A DNA stretch of 62,970 nt, the filler included, from Octopus bimaculoides (Eukaryota): the NCBI RefSeq assembly GCF_001194135.2. It is 6 parts of 6 records of this genome, joined end to end, with 100 filler letters (N's around TTAATTAATTAA, not from the genome) between each part and the next. Parts side by side here need not be neighbours in the genome. Positions count along the whole stretch, not along the records: positions 1 to 30,767 come from NC_069007.1; 5 more parts are not named here. One strand, 5' to 3'. A program made the translations under genes and the position numbers. Shown one piece after another: positions 12,661 through 26,710 of the stretch (position 1 is the first letter of the stretch; every line of letters begins with the position of its first letter). The notes under the pieces were generated by a model. The model saw only the letters and a list, made by a program, of their open reading frames with translations. It was not told the origin of the DNA and did not search any database.

Positions 12661-13369
12661 AATGATGACAAAGACGATGACGATGACAAAGTTGATGAAA
12701 ACGAGGACGTTACTGATGACAATTAATGATTGTGACCGTCTGAGCACGGGGGTGGGGTGTCAATGTAATCGACCAGCCCCCTCCCCACAAAATTTCAGGC
12801 CTGCTGTTATTGTTGTTGATGATGATAATTGTGGTGATGATGATGATGATGATGTATTTTTGTGTGTGCGCGTGTGTGTACTTAAACAACTCACCAAGTA
12901 AACTGAATTCTCGACATAATATTTGGATGGTATCTGCAGAAATATTTTTAATAAAAGCATATTTTTGGAACGTGGCGCATCCTGGTGGGCCAACTATTGG
13001 GAAGGGTGGTGGTGGTGGTGGTGGTGGTGGTGGTGGACAAAATCCTTTCTTGATCAAAGTAATGAAGAAGGTGAACAGAACATAAACGTCTCATATCTTC
13101 TTTCCCATATATTACAAAGATCTTAAAATTTCATCCTTGTATCAATACATCAGCGTAAGCCGGGAAAAATAAATTACACTAAATTAAATATTGTTATAAG
13201 AGAAAAACAAATTACCACCATTTGGATCCCCCCCACACACACTTCGCGCGCGCACACATGCCCTTATTACGCACACACACACACACTTATTACACGCATT
13301 CACACACACGCATGTATAGAATATACTTCCCTATGGCGGTCTGTGAAACCCGGCAGGGCATGTCCATTG

Positions 13370-13388
13370 TTGTCACTAGGTGGCGTTA
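13370..13388 (+). promoter_or_regulatory. CTCF-like binding motif
   Basis: TTGTCACTAGGTGGCGTTA resembles the bilaterian CTCF consensus TGGCCAC(C/T)AG(G/A)(G/T)GGCGCTA. It lies in non-repetitive-looking sequence. Confidence 0.35.
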
Positions 13389-14865
13389 AAGATCAGACTC
13401 AGGGCAGTTTTAACTGTTTTCATTGTTCAAAAATTCGTTCAACTAACTTTAGTCGATTTATATAACTTGGTTACTATTTATATTTTCTGTTTTAGGTTTT
13501 CAAAACCCGAAATGTAATATTTGTCTACCAAATGTTTGGATAAGCTTAGTTGATAAATGGTGTCTAACTCAACAGGTGCCAATCACTTGTCTTGGGTTTA
13601 ACCAAGGCTGTTAGTAAAATACACGAGAAAAAAAAGCAAACAATCACTTGTTCCATACGCCATTTAGAGGAACGGAAAGCAGGACATAATTTCGAAACAA
13701 ACACCTTTGAGACTCAGTCATTCCTACAACAAATTAACGCATCAATAAAGTCCTACTCAATCTTATGACCACACATACACGCACCGTATAAACATGGAAG
13801 CGAAGCACAGACTTGAATACGTAGAGCGAAGACAAGTAGTAATTGAAGAATAGTTGTTTTTACAGTAGTGTTTGCGTCAATCATGTGTCCTGTGATTCCC
13901 GACTCTATTGTGTTCTTTGGTCTAATTTTAGGGAGAAGAGCAGCAGCATTATTCATGGTTTAATGCAAAGCAAGAAGTGAAACTTTGAATCCAGTTAGGG
14001 TTTAATATTCGGCATTGAAATAAGGAAAAGGATTTTCATAAAGACAAGTGAAAATACTTGTTGCTGTTATTTGACCTTATATCTGTCTTTAAGCAACAAA
14101 ATTATGATTAAAGATCTTCCGGCTGTGACTAACCATAGAAGATTCAAGAGTGTTTGTAGGACCACCTGTGTAGGCTTTTTATTCTTTTTTACTCTTTTAA
14201 GAAGGTGCTGCGTCACTTCAGATCTGAAGGACATTCTCACTGCTATGGTTAGCAGGTTGAGAGTCCATGTAAAGTATTCTACACTGCTGCTTGTATGATT
14301 GCCGAGTTTATTTTACTGGAATTAAAGCCGTCTCTTCGCATCTCCTCTCTCTTTTACTTTCTCGTTATGAGTGTTGGTTACAGGAAGTTGACGTTTTATT
14401 TTATTCTTGTGATGAAATAAGAAATGTGTATTAATATAGTTCATTATACTCGTCCCTACAAAGTCTTGTGCCTGCCTATATTAGACATAGCAATTAATTT
14501 TCCCTTGGCTTTCGCCGCAATGAAACATATGGGAGACAACTTCAGTCGAACGCGAATCAGCTCTTCTGAAGGACTCGTTGGTTTAGTGTAGCCTTTCTGC
14601 AAAATGATTTATCATGTAAATTGTTAAATGTATTAAACTATGCAGATGATGGCGTGGATTAGGATCAATAGTAATAGATTACATTTGTTACTGATGGCTG
14701 TTTCATGACTGGTTGTTAGTGGAACAGTAAAAATACACAAGGCTTTTCTCAAGTTTCAAATGTGAGATTATTTTCGTTATCTACATTCCAACGATGGAGC
14801 TTTGCATCTTTGTTAGAACCCAGCTCCTTCCAAAGAGGAAGTTATATAATTAAAAATAGCAGAGA

Positions 14866-14914
<49 letters not shown>

Positions 14915-15801
14915 AACACACACGCACATACACACACACGCATATATACTCAATATCATTGTAGAACTGAATGTATTGTATTTTTGTGGAATCTGTCTCT
15001 TGCTAGGATCTTGAGGCAAGCTACAACCGAAGATAATTATGGAAATTTCACGCACAGACACACACTCACAAACACACACGCGCAAGCATACACACACACA
15101 AGATTCGTGTCATAGGGGGAGATGGTGGAGCGGAAATGGGAAATGAGATAAAGGGAAAAAGAAGAGAAGCATAAAGGAAGGAAGGAAGGAAGAAAATGCA
15201 AAAAAGCAGAAAACAAAAGGAAAAAAAAAGACCCAGAGTAGCAACAGGGAAACTCACTGACTCAACAAAAAGAGAAATATCAGACACACATCTATAGACA
15301 TACATAAGAGCATATGTGTGTGTGTGTGTGTGTGTGTGTGTATGGTCAATTGGTATGTTTCTGTTTCAACTTTGAAGCATCCACGTGGTTACTAAGCAAA
15401 TTTCTTAAGCACACAGCCATGGCTGAACACGTGACACATTTATTTAAAAAACAATAAACGAGACAATAATGTTACGTGTCAGAGTAAGAAGAGGAAGAAC
15501 AAAAAATATTGTGTTTCAAAATATATGGCAACAGAAATTGAAACAATAATAATAATAATAATAAAAAGAAGAAAACAAAAGAAGAAAGCAATGACGTAGA
15601 GACATGACCATAAATAGAGTGAAAGTGATATCAACAGACTTACTTGTTCATAAGTGACAATACACTTTGCTATAAAAGTTGCCACATAAAAATGTTTGAA
15701 ACCAACTCACCTGTGAAGAAAAGAGAGAAAAAAAAAAGAAGAGTAAAATATTAATAGAGTCACGATTCCTTCAGTAGGCAAACAATACACGTATAGGTAT
15801 A

Positions 15802-15833
<32 letters not shown>

Positions 15834-16046
15834 CGTGTAGATTTGCTGTAGAGTATAAACAGCGATTTTAATGTCGGTTTTGCGTTGTTATTTCTTCTCT
15901 TCGCAATTTCACGAGTTTCGATGTTCACGTAACTAACTTCTGCAATACGACATAAATGTTTATAACAATGATCATGTGCGCAGGCGGGTCATTGAAATGG
16001 AAAAAAAAAGACAACTACAAATATATAAACATATATAGACATGCAT

Positions 16047-16077
<31 letters not shown>

Positions 16078-16326
16078 ACCATACACATGTATATGCAAAA
16101 TCACTGGTGATCTGGCTGTGCCTGGATACTGTTGGGAGCTTGCTTCCCTTGTCAGTCATTAAAATAAATGCTTTCTCATGGCTATGAATTGATTTGACTC
16201 TTATTTCTAGCAATACTGGTGCCGGATAGTGCCCTTAGTCACTGTTGTGACGTATATCTATCTATCTATTCATTAATAGTCAATATAAATCTTGGTTGGT
16301 TGGTTATTTTCTCCAGATATGTTTTA

Positions 16327-16336
<10 letters not shown>

Positions 16337-16420
<84 letters not shown>

Positions 16421-16453
16421 NNNNNNNNNNNNNNNNNNNNNNNNNNNNNNNNN

Positions 16454-16509
<56 letters not shown>

Positions 16510-16537
16510 AAGAAAGAGAGAGAGAGAGAGAGAGAGA
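16337..16537. repeat. (GA)n microsatellite spanning a small gap
   Basis: Directly visible. Confidence 0.97.
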
Positions 16538-17239
16538 GGTGAATTGATCAATTTTTCGAGTCAAAATCGGGTTTGAAAATCTTGTTGAACGTTGGGAAGA
16601 AGTTGTAAACAACAAGAGTGAATACATTATTAATTAATTAGTTGTTATTTTTTTTTATTAAACCTTTTAAAAGATTTAAATAAAAAAAATAAACGGCGGG
16701 AACTTAGTTGCCAACCCAANNNNNNNNNNNNNNNNNNNNNNNNNNNNNNNNNNNNNNNNNNNNNNNNNNNNNNNNNNNNNNNNNNNNNNNNNNNNNNNNN
16801 NNNNNNNNNNNNNNNNNNNNNNNNNNNNNNNNNNNNNNNNNNNNNNNNNNNNNNNNNNAAAAAAAAAAAAAAAAAAAAAAAAGAAAGAATAAAGAATACG
16901 CATCTCATGAAAAAATATGTTTCTGAAGGAGTAGATTGCAATTATTCTGACAAATTTAGAAAATTAATGATAACTTACGCATATTGCAAATACAGAAATT
17001 ATAAATTTGTCGCATGTAATTTTATTTTAAGGTAATAAATATTTTTCTTTTGAAAATTAGCATTCATTTCATCAGTTTGTATAATGAACGAGAAATTTTA
17101 TAAAAGTTACATTGTAATAATTGTATGTATGCTGCATTTCCTGTTGTGACATATTGTGTCAAAGGTATGCTTTCAAAGTTAGCCGCCATGTGATGTTCCT
17201 GCCTACCTACCTACCTAAATCTATCTATCTATCTCTTTT

Positions 17240-17400
17240 ATCTTTTACTTGTTTTAGTGATTAGACTGCGGCCATAGTGGGGCACCGCACCAAGGAATTC
17301 TAATCCACTCCAGCACCTATTTTCTTTGTGATCTTGGTACCTACAGTATCGGACTCTTTTGCCGAACCGCTAGGTTGCATTGATATAAACACATCAACAG
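17240..17400 (-). mobile_element. SINE family B, 3' part
   Basis: gactgcggccat...ggggcaccgc and gactctttttgccgaaccgctag-like segments match the family B 3' half. Confidence 0.7.
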
Positions 17401-17559
17401 CGGTGTCAGGAAAAAACAGAAAAAACGTTACAAACACAACCACACCACCTTATAATAAAAAAAGTGAAAAACTCCGTTTCTTCTAGAGATAGACATTGTC
17501 ATTATCGACACCATTATCATCAGCAAAAACGTAGAAGATCAGTAAAAATGACATGAAGA

Positions 17560-18100
17560 TGAGGCGTTTTAGGTTCTAACCGCGTAAGAGTCAACTTCAC
17601 CTTTTATCCGTTTTGGATCGATAAATTTAAGTACCAGTCACGTACTTGGGTCGATGATACTGACGAACAGTCTTTCCTCAGATCTGTTGACCTACGGCCT
17701 CAATCAATATTCAAAATAAAGGGCGGTAGCAGAATCGTTAGAATGGCGAAGAAAATGCTTACGAGAATTTCTCATAGTGTTATACGTTCCATGAGTTCAA
17801 ATCACAGCGATGTCAACTTTGCCTTTCAGGCCTAAGTACCAGCTGAATACTAAGGTCAATTAGTATGAATTAGTATGAATACTAAGGTCAATTAGTGAGG
17901 ACTTGAACCTTCCCATAAAATGACTGGTTTTTCTGCCCAATTTCAAACAACTGAAGGCGCTGAGCTGGCAGAATCATTAGCGCGTCGGACAAGTTGCATG
18001 ACTGCATTCCTTCTGGCCTTTTACTTTCTGAGTTCAAATCCCACCCAAGGTCGACATTTGTCTTTGATCCTTGAGCTGTCGATAAAATAACTCTCAGTTC
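17560..18100 (+). mobile_element. Cluster of degenerate family A SINE fragments
   Basis: Repeated heads (ggcggtagcagaatcgttag, ggcgctgagctggcagaatcattagc) and gagttcaaatc B-box cores. Confidence 0.7.
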
Positions 18101-19054
18101 TGAATGTGGGATGGGTGTACTTTATTTGCCCCTCCCTTCAAAATCTGTGGTTTTGTACACAAATTCCAAAGACATTTTTTATTATTGTTGGTGTTGTGTA
18201 CTTCTGGCGATTGTTATTCCTTTNNNNNNNNNNNNNNNNNNNNNNNNNNNNNNNNNNNNNNNNNNNNNNNNNNNNNNNNNNNNNNNNNNNNNNNNNNNNN
18301 NNNNNNNNNNNNNNNNNNNNNNNNNNNNNNNNNNNNNNNNNNNNNNNNNNNNNNNNNNNNNNNNNNNNNNNNNNNNNNNNNNNNNNNNNNNNNNNNNNNN
18401 NNNNNNNNNNNNNNNNNNNNNNNNNNNNNNNNNNNNNNNNNNNNNNNNNNNNNNNNNNNNNNNNNNNNNNNNNNNNNNNNNNNNNNNNNNNNNNNNNNNN
18501 NNNNNNNNNNNNNNNNNNNNNNNNNNNNNNNNNNNNNNNNNNNNNNNNNNNNNNNNNNNNNNNNNNNNNNNNNNNNNNNNNNNNNNNNNNNNNNNNNNNN
18601 NNNNNNNNNNNNNNNNNNNNNNNNNNNNNNNNNNNNNNNNNNNNNNNNNNNNNNNNNNNNNNNNNNNNNNNNNNNNNNNNNNNNNNNNNNNNNNNNNNNN
18701 NNNNNNNNNNNNNNNNNNNNNNNNNNNNNNNNNNNNNNNNNNNNNNNNNNNNNNNNNNNNNNNNNNNNNNNNNNNNNNNNNNNNNNNNNNNNNNNNNNNN
18801 NNNNNNNNNNNNNNNNNNNNNNNNNNNNNNNNNNNNNNNNNNNNNNNNNNNNNNNNNNNNNNNNNNNNNNNNNNNNNNNNNNNNNNNNNNNNNNNNNNNN
18901 NNNNNNNNNNNNNNNNNNNNNNNNNNNNNNNNNNNNNNNNNNNNNNNNNNNNNNNNNNNNNNNNNNNNNNNNNNNNNNNNNNNNNNNNNNNNNNNNNNNN
19001 NNNNNNNNNNNNNNNNNNNNNNNNNNNNNNNNNNNNNNNNNNNNNNNNNNNNNN

Positions 19055-19098
<44 letters not shown>

Positions 19099-19647
19099 TA
19101 CACATACACACGTGTACGTGTGTGTGTGTTAAACGTTTCTATGTGCGTGTTTTTGTATGCGTGTGTGTTATTTGTGTGTATACAGGCAGAGAGAGAGAGA
19201 GAAAGAGAGAGAGAGTGAGGGAGAGAGAAAGAGAGAGAGTGAGGGAGAGAGAAAGAGAGAGAGTGAGGGAGAGAGAGAAAGAGAGAGAGTGAGGGAGAGT
19301 GGGAAGGAGACGCTACAATCAAATACATTCTTTTGGAAAGCTTTCTTTAGTGAGGACAACGATCAGCTCAGTGTAGAAAGTATCGGGAAGAAGACCGTTG
19401 AGGTTCCGTGATCTGAGGCGAGAGATCAGTGACCTGAAATTCTTAGTAGGGATCTAGGCAAGCAGGATATATTAATCATTTGATAAATACTGGATTTCTG
19501 GACCCCAAGCTGCCCTCGTTTACTTTGACTCCAGGCTTTGCAAAGTATGTAAGAATACGACAAAAATACGTATAAAAACTAGATGAATATTTCATCTAGT
19601 ATTGCTTAGATTTCTCTTTCACTATATGCGTGTCTCTCTCCATATAC

Positions 19648-19684
<37 letters not shown>

Positions 19685-20034
19685 NNNNNNNNNNNNNNNN
19701 NNNNNNNNNNNNNNNNNNNNNNNNNNNNNNNNNNNNNNNNNNNNNNNNNNNNNNNNNNNNNNNNNNNNNNNNNNNNNNNNNNNNNNNNNNNNNNNNNNNN
19801 NNNNNNNNNNNNNNNNNNNNNNNNNNNNNNNNNNNNNNNNNNNNNNNNNNNNNNNNNNNNNNNNNNNNNNNNNNNNNNNNNNNNNNNNNNNGAGCTTCCT
19901 TGGAGAAACTTCGAAACTGCCATTAGCAATATTTAACAGAAATAAACATTTGAATCTATATTGTACGTAGTTGTTTTCTTTTATCTGATGTTTGTTAGCC
20001 TTTAACAAAATATTGCTAATAATGCTTTCTAACT

Positions 20035-20232
20035 TTGTCGCCAGGCCAGCAAGTTTGAGGGGGTGGGGGCCAAGTCGATTACATCGATCTCAGTGCTTGG
20101 CTGGTTCTTAATTTATCAGTGCCGAAAGAATAAATGGTAAAGCCGACTTCGCTAGAATTTGAAATCAGAACGTGATGAGTCGAACGAAATGTTGTGAACA
20201 GTCTTCGACTCTCACGACTCTAGCAGCTCGCT
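20035..20232 (-). mobile_element. SINE family A, degenerate
   Basis: aagtcgattacatcgatctcagtgc...gaatttgaaatcagaacgt...gcagctcgc matches family A in reverse. Confidence 0.7.
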
Positions 20233-22369
20233 GCGTAAATAATGATACTAAAGATATGCAAACATCAGCTGAGCTTTGTAGAGTCTCAGTAACTGTTGAG
20301 GAAGAAGTATTTTCTGGCCTTGAAGAGATGGACCAGTCGTGGGGAGATGGACCAGCTGCTATGTAACAGGGAGGCCCAAGCTTTGGAAGATTTTGAGGAC
20401 TGTATTTGTGCGCGGTTTATGAATAGGGTTGGGGTAGGTGATAATGCTTTCATGATACGAGTAACATTGGAAAAGAGAAATTTGGTACAACCGCACTGGA
20501 GGTTTCCCCCGAGGGATCTGATCGTAAACTCCTTGAGTGTGTAGTTTGTGAAGGACATGAGAGTGGGCGTTGTGGTGACACGGCGGGAAGTGAGTCGATG
20601 ATGTAACGGAAGACGACGACAGTACAGGATAGAGTCAAACAGCAAAACACGCCGGAGCTGATAAGATCAGTGGCATTCATAGAGTGCGCTCTGGTAGGAA
20701 GCTAACGGTGAGATGAAAGACGAGAGGAATTCATTGTCAGGTACACGCGCATGTGTGCACAGAGCAGCCCCCGCCTCCACTACTACACGGACTCCAACAC
20801 ACACACACACACACACACACAGTGTTCGCTTACGTGATCAGATAAGACACTTGAGACACCGAGAGAACCGAGAGAGAGAGAGAGAGGGAGGGAGAGAGAG
20901 AAAAATACAGGGGGGAGGGGAGACAAAGAGAAAGAGGACAGCATGGAAGGGTAATCACAGAATAAATTATTATACTCTACCAATGTATTGAGTGGATTTT
21001 CTCTTTGTAAATCTAAGCTTGCATGCAAGCATACATACTTGAAACATCCATGCATGAATACAAACATATGCATGAATACGTACATACGCACGTACGTACA
21101 TATGTACATATAAATTTCATATCGTGCAATGTAAGCATTGGTCAAGAAACCTTATGTGGACATTACCGTTCATTAAACATGACCTGAACAACAAATGAAG
21201 TTTGTGCAACTCCTTCGACGCCAAACGCTGAATGCTCTCCTACAGCCATACGACGCCTATTCAAACGGTTTGCCAACAAACTGTCAGGAGATCGAACAAC
21301 TACAGTTACAGTGGCTGTAATAAAAAATGATATTCCACGAATTGGCAGATCAAGGAGTATACACATTGGAAGGGGATTGTCTATGATAGCTTTCAAGAGA
21401 AGAGTTTCTGATTTTTAAACTTACGCCTTAAGAGAGACAACATCTATCTCATATACATAATAAAAAAAAAGTCCCCTAAGTCTAACTGTTTTTAACGAAA
21501 GCAACGACGAATTATAGAACAATTATAGAAAAATCACCGCATATTGGTAAATTAACGCTTGTTTATTATGTCGTCTCAACAGTTACAAAACAGTTTCTTG
21601 GAACGTTATAGTATCACAGAATGGTAAAACAATGAAAGAAGTACCATTGTGGATTTGGGAAAGGGGAAAAAAAATCTATCATTGATCGACAGAGAGCTGT
21701 CAATCATGTGGTGTTGCTTATGACAAGCAAATAGATGAATGATATATTTTGCACCAACGAAGTGTGAAAAATAGAATCGAAACTATGTTTGGCAACAGTA
21801 AAAAGAGAACGGATGAATATGGGTTGATTATCGTCAAACAAGAGCTAAAAACTGCCAGGGTAAAAATTCTGGCATCAGAAAAGGGGCAACTGTAAGAAAA
21901 AAAGAAATTAAGAAATTCCATCAAAACTAATCAACAGTTTACAGAAATATGAAGGGAAAACTCAATAATTGTCATAATTTTTAGGAAGATACTGGAGGGT
22001 GGTAAAACATTTTAAATTGAGAACGGAGTGGCAGCACGAAACCAGAAGCAAATGTTGTCTCTGTATTAAGCTGCATCAATGTTGATTTCTTTGAGATTCT
22101 GATACAAAGACTTGAGATAGCAAAGTAGAAGAGAAAACTTTGATTGCCAGACACTGGTATGAAAAATAAAAACGAGCGTTTTTCGGAGAAATCTTACTGA
22201 ACCATTCCACTAAGTTCTCAGTGGAAATATAAATATACTGGACTGGTTGGCAGAAATAACGCCACTCACACAGAGAAAAACCGCAGGTAAATTGCATGTC
22301 GGATGTTTGAGTATAAAATGTAATAGAGACTGTTCGATCTTGTTCCTTTCACTTCAGTTAGGTGTGTGT

Positions 22370-22583
22370 GAGGGGGAGGGGCGCTGCGCCATTACAGCGT
22401 GTTGCTGCATTCGCAATTCGTCGGTACAGTCCCGGGTCCTCGCGGGCAACCCGTAATGATATTATTACTATCCCAGTGATAATAATAAAATCCCAGCCGA
22501 ACAAGCAGCTGGGGAAGAAAAGAGTTGAGGGCTGCAAAGATTAACTTTTGATTAACGAAACTGTGACGGTAGAGGTATAACAG
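22370..22583 (+). promoter_or_regulatory. GC/CpG-rich island with strong splice donor: candidate promoter or non-coding first exon
   Basis: GGGGAGGGGCGCTGCGCC and CCCGGGTCCTCGCGGGC lie in an AT-rich background, with CAG|GTAAGC at 22583/22584. There is no long ORF. Confidence 0.3.
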
Positions 22584-23096
22584 GTAAGCGAGGAAGTTGC
22601 TCGCAGTCTGACGGGATTATAAGAACTGCATTTAGTTAATCCATGGTTAATCCAGCTTCGCCAAATAACCAGATGCCATCATCAAGGCTCTAGAAAACTT
22701 GACATTGTTCCGAGCCATTATTCTGTGATTCTTTTATCACTCAGAGAATACAGTTTCGCAACGACTTCGAGGGGACTGGCACTTCTGTGATGCCGTTGGT
22801 CCTTTCAGTAAACTTCTTATCCATTTTGTTGAGGAAACATTGAAATGTATGCAAGAAAACCCGAAACCCTAAAACAACGCATAAGAGGCAAAAATAGGGA
22901 TGGTGTGAAGAAGATACTCGGCCTAGTTACAGCAGTACACACACATATACGCAAGCACACATATGTACATGCACACACTTATATACACATACATACATGC
23001 ATCATCAGTAATCCAGTATTAATAAACGAAGATGTTTTACTGAGTCGAAACATTGAGCCACGTTGTAGGAAAGCAACGAATACTGTATACATACAT

Positions 23097-23164
<68 letters not shown>

Positions 23165-24036
23165 AGCGTGTGTGTGTGTGTGTTTAATATTGTATTTTAT
23201 TGTGGATCCTATTTTTGACAGGAATTGCTTTCTCTCTCTCATCCCCCCTCTCTCTCATCCCTCCTCACTCTCATCCCCCCTCTCTTCTCATCCACCTATC
23301 TCAATATATAGATATTATTCCATTATATCTATCTATCTATCTATTTATAATTGAATTATACATACGTATAAACTTATGTGTTTCACATAATGGGCTACAT
23401 ACATGCATACATACACACACATACATACATACATAAACACATACATGCATACATACATACATACACACATACATACATACACACGTATACATATATACAT
23501 ACATGCATACGTCCGCATTCCATTGTATATTCTTCGCTTCCCGTCACGTTGATGCTACTCTGAATACAGAAGAAGCGAATCGCCAGGAAGTTCTCCGAGC
23601 TTCCGAAGAGCCAGGGTATTTCGTTTTTGGTTAACGTTGGAACAGAGATGGCAGCGAGGCTTTTCACTATTTTTAACGTCTTTTATTTCCGGCCTCCAAC
23701 TTCTAAAATATCAACAGATGTAATATGGCAGTGTTACTGCATTAGGTTAGAATTACACACAGGAACACCCTCCGATTCTCTCCCCTCCCCTCACTTCTCA
23801 CTTCTCTCTGTATATATGCACGAGTGTATGTGTGTGTGTGTTAGATACATAGTGTGTTAGATACATAGATAAAGAGATCTATATTAAGAAGCGCTATTTC
23901 AGATTTACTGTCTTATCGATCCACTTTCATTTCATACACACACACCCACACACACATATTTATATACAGATATATATTCACAAACACGCAACGCATGCTC
24001 ACATATACATTTGAGGTGAGTGTGTACATAAATGAA

Positions 24037-24075
<39 letters not shown>

Positions 24076-24635
24076 TTAGTTTTTCTCTTTCTTTCTTTCT
24101 CTTATCCTTTTACCTCTTTTTCTCCAAGTATTCTATCCTATTATTCTGTCACTCNNNNNNNNNNNNNNNNNNNNNNNNNNNNNNNNNNNNNNNNNNNNNN
24201 NNNNNNNNNNNNNNNNNNNNNNNNNNNNNNNNNNNNNNNNNNNNNNNNNNNNNNNNNNNNNNNNNNNNNNNNNNNNNNNNNNNNNNNNNNNNNNNNNNNN
24301 NNNNNNNNNNNNNNNNNNNNNNNNNNNNNNNNNNNNNNNNNNNNNNNNNNNNNNNNNNNNNNNNNNNNNNNNNNNNNNNNNNNNNNNNNNNNTGTTACCT
24401 ATTTTGACCCTCCGCAAAATCCCAAATTTTATTTAATTTGCTTTGCGGGAGCAACTGTTTTATTTCGGGACGGTCATTTTTTCTTGCTAGATAAGCACAC
24501 GCAGTATATATTCGTTCTTCACTTCATTATTGTTTTTAATTTTGGGTTCATTGTCTGGAAATGTTTCTCCACACACCTGTGACCTCTTCAGCGACTTTCC
24601 ATCCCACGTCTTTCCTCTTATTCTTTTTAGTTCAT

Positions 24636-24676
<41 letters not shown>

Positions 24677-24799
24677 ATACAATGTAATTTTTAAAAGACA
24701 ATTTGTACTAAAACTTTTCCTCTTTACGCATTGATTATTCTCTGATCAGAGCGAAGTTTCTTATACACGTCCTTACGTTGATCCACACGATTACACAAC

Positions 24800-25330
24800 G
24801 TGTCGATCTGCTCCATTTGCTCTTATTCTATCTTCTTTCTCTTTGTTTAATGACTTCTTTAAAGTCACTTAATAAGTACTTTACTACACTATTAAATGTT
24901 AAACTATTCACTCCTTATTGTTAAATATTCCTTCATTACTTGATGCTGTCGAAATTCTCTTGTTCAAATTACTGCTTACATTTCTAACAATGGCTGCCGG
25001 TTTGATCTGTTGTCTATATATAATACTGAATTGTTGTTATTAGGCTTCATGTACGTTTGAAATATTCCACTGTTAAAGCCGAACGTTACCTTTAAAAACG
25101 TTAACTATTTCTGGCCAGTACGTAACTGTAATTTTTAGATTCAACTAATGGAATACTTTTATTAGATACTCATACATATTTCAGGATATCAATAGAACAA
25201 CGTGGCTATGAAGTTGTCCATTAATGGTGTTGAAACTATGGGGAATTATGTCTAAAATATATGTTCCAGTGAAGTTGATCTCCGTTCTCATGTTTACGTC
25301 ATAGAGAACTGAATACTATTTCTACAGCTA
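24800..25330 (-). mobile_element. Penelope-like element RT C-terminal remnant
   Basis: Peptides NLKITVTYWPEIVN, FLKVTFGFNSGIFQTYMKPNN and NKRISTASSNEGIFNNK match Penelope RT (LKIT...VNFLDV.F.L..G.F..YMKPN, then NKRIS..SSNE). Confidence 0.75.
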
Positions 25331-25589
25331 TCTTCTACTTGATTGCAATATATATTTAAATTTAATAATAATCCTTTCTTTATTGGATGCAGTAACCTTT
25401 ACATCCACTACACAACGTGAGAAACAAAAGAGAAGTACAGAGCATGTGGCGATATAAATATGTAATGCATACATATGAATGTATATATATATATATATAT
25501 ATATATAATAAATGGATGATGTCGTAAAAACGTAGTGCGCTATAATACAAGAGACAGGGCAAAAAATTGACTCCCCAAAAATAGAAATG

Positions 25590-26287
25590 TGGGCAACCAT
25601 TAATAAACACCCTAGTACTTCCAGTAGTCCAATATAGTTTTAACATCATTAACTGGAATTGTACAGCGCTCCAACACCAGAACAGGAAGACAAGAAAACT
25701 ACTAACTTTTATGAACATGCACCACCCAAAAGTAGATGTTGATAGGCTGTACCTACCTAGAAGTAATAGGGGGGGGGGAAGGAATGATGCAGGTAGAACT
25801 GTGTTCTATAAGACCCCCTCCCCCCACAATAGCAATGAACAAGTACTTATCCAATACAGAGGACTGGACGTTGATACTTGTGAGCAAACACGAAAGCAGC
25901 AAAAAATCACATTCTATTGTCAAGAAAGCTTGTAAATTCGCAAGGGAACCTGGCATTAACCCTGAAATATTTGAAGAGAGGGAAACCTCTGCCACAAAAC
26001 AAGCAAAGTGGATCAAGCAGGCTGCAAAAAAGGACGGACAGAAACAAATTGAGGAACGATGGAGCCAGAAGCCTCTGATTCGACAGTATATACTTCGAAG
26101 TCGAAATGCTGATGTAGATCAAGCAACATCCCATCAGTGCACATGTCGTGCACATGTAGTTGTAATGCATGTGCCTGCTGTACCCTCATCAGACGGGTAG
26201 TCATAATGGGTATACTGGGCTTCGTATATTTTACCCCAGTGTCACTTTGACGGTATGCACTGCTCTCTCACTCAATAATAATAATAA
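25590..26287 (+). mobile_element. R4/Dong-clade retrotransposon 3' remnant ending in (AAT)n
   Basis: INTLVLPVVQYSFNIINWN...RKTRKLLTFMNMHHPKVDVDRLYLPRS..GG.GMMQVEL, then EERWSQKPL...RSRNADVDQ. It appears internally deleted and ends in ctctctcactc-aataataataat. Confidence 0.85.
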
Positions 26288-26289
26288 TG

Positions 26290-26490
26290 TTTTCACATTT
26301 TAGCTCAAGTCCAGCAATTTCGGAGGACGGATTAAGTCGATTACATTGAGTGCAGTGCTCTCCCAATACTTATTCTATCGACTCAGAAAGGATGAACAGC
26401 AAAGTCGAATTCGGCGAAATTTGAACTCAGAACGTAAAGACGGACGAAATACTGCTAAGCCTCTTGCCCAGCGTGCTAATGATTCTGCCG
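26290..26490 (-). mobile_element. SINE family A
   Basis: aagtcgattacattgag...gaaaggatgaacagcaaagtcga...gaactcagaacgtaaagacggacgaaatactgctaagc; the target site is intact. Confidence 0.85.
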
Positions 26491-26669
26491 ATAGTGATAA
26501 CGTTTTATAATTTTGGGACAAGGCCTACATGTCTGAGGGGTAAGGGTTAGCTGATTACAGCAACCCTTGTACCTAATTGCAAGAGATTGGAACTCAGATT
26601 AGAACGAATCTGAACAGATTCGGTATTTCATTTTCCCGAATCTCCAACGATTCTAAAAGATCACCGTCT

Positions 26670-26710
<41 letters not shown>

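Noticed and set aside
20230-20700. GC-rich block with 119-aa and 82-aa ORFs
   Set aside because: It has no recognisable domain or clear splice signals. It is probably an old repeat, but I cannot classify it.
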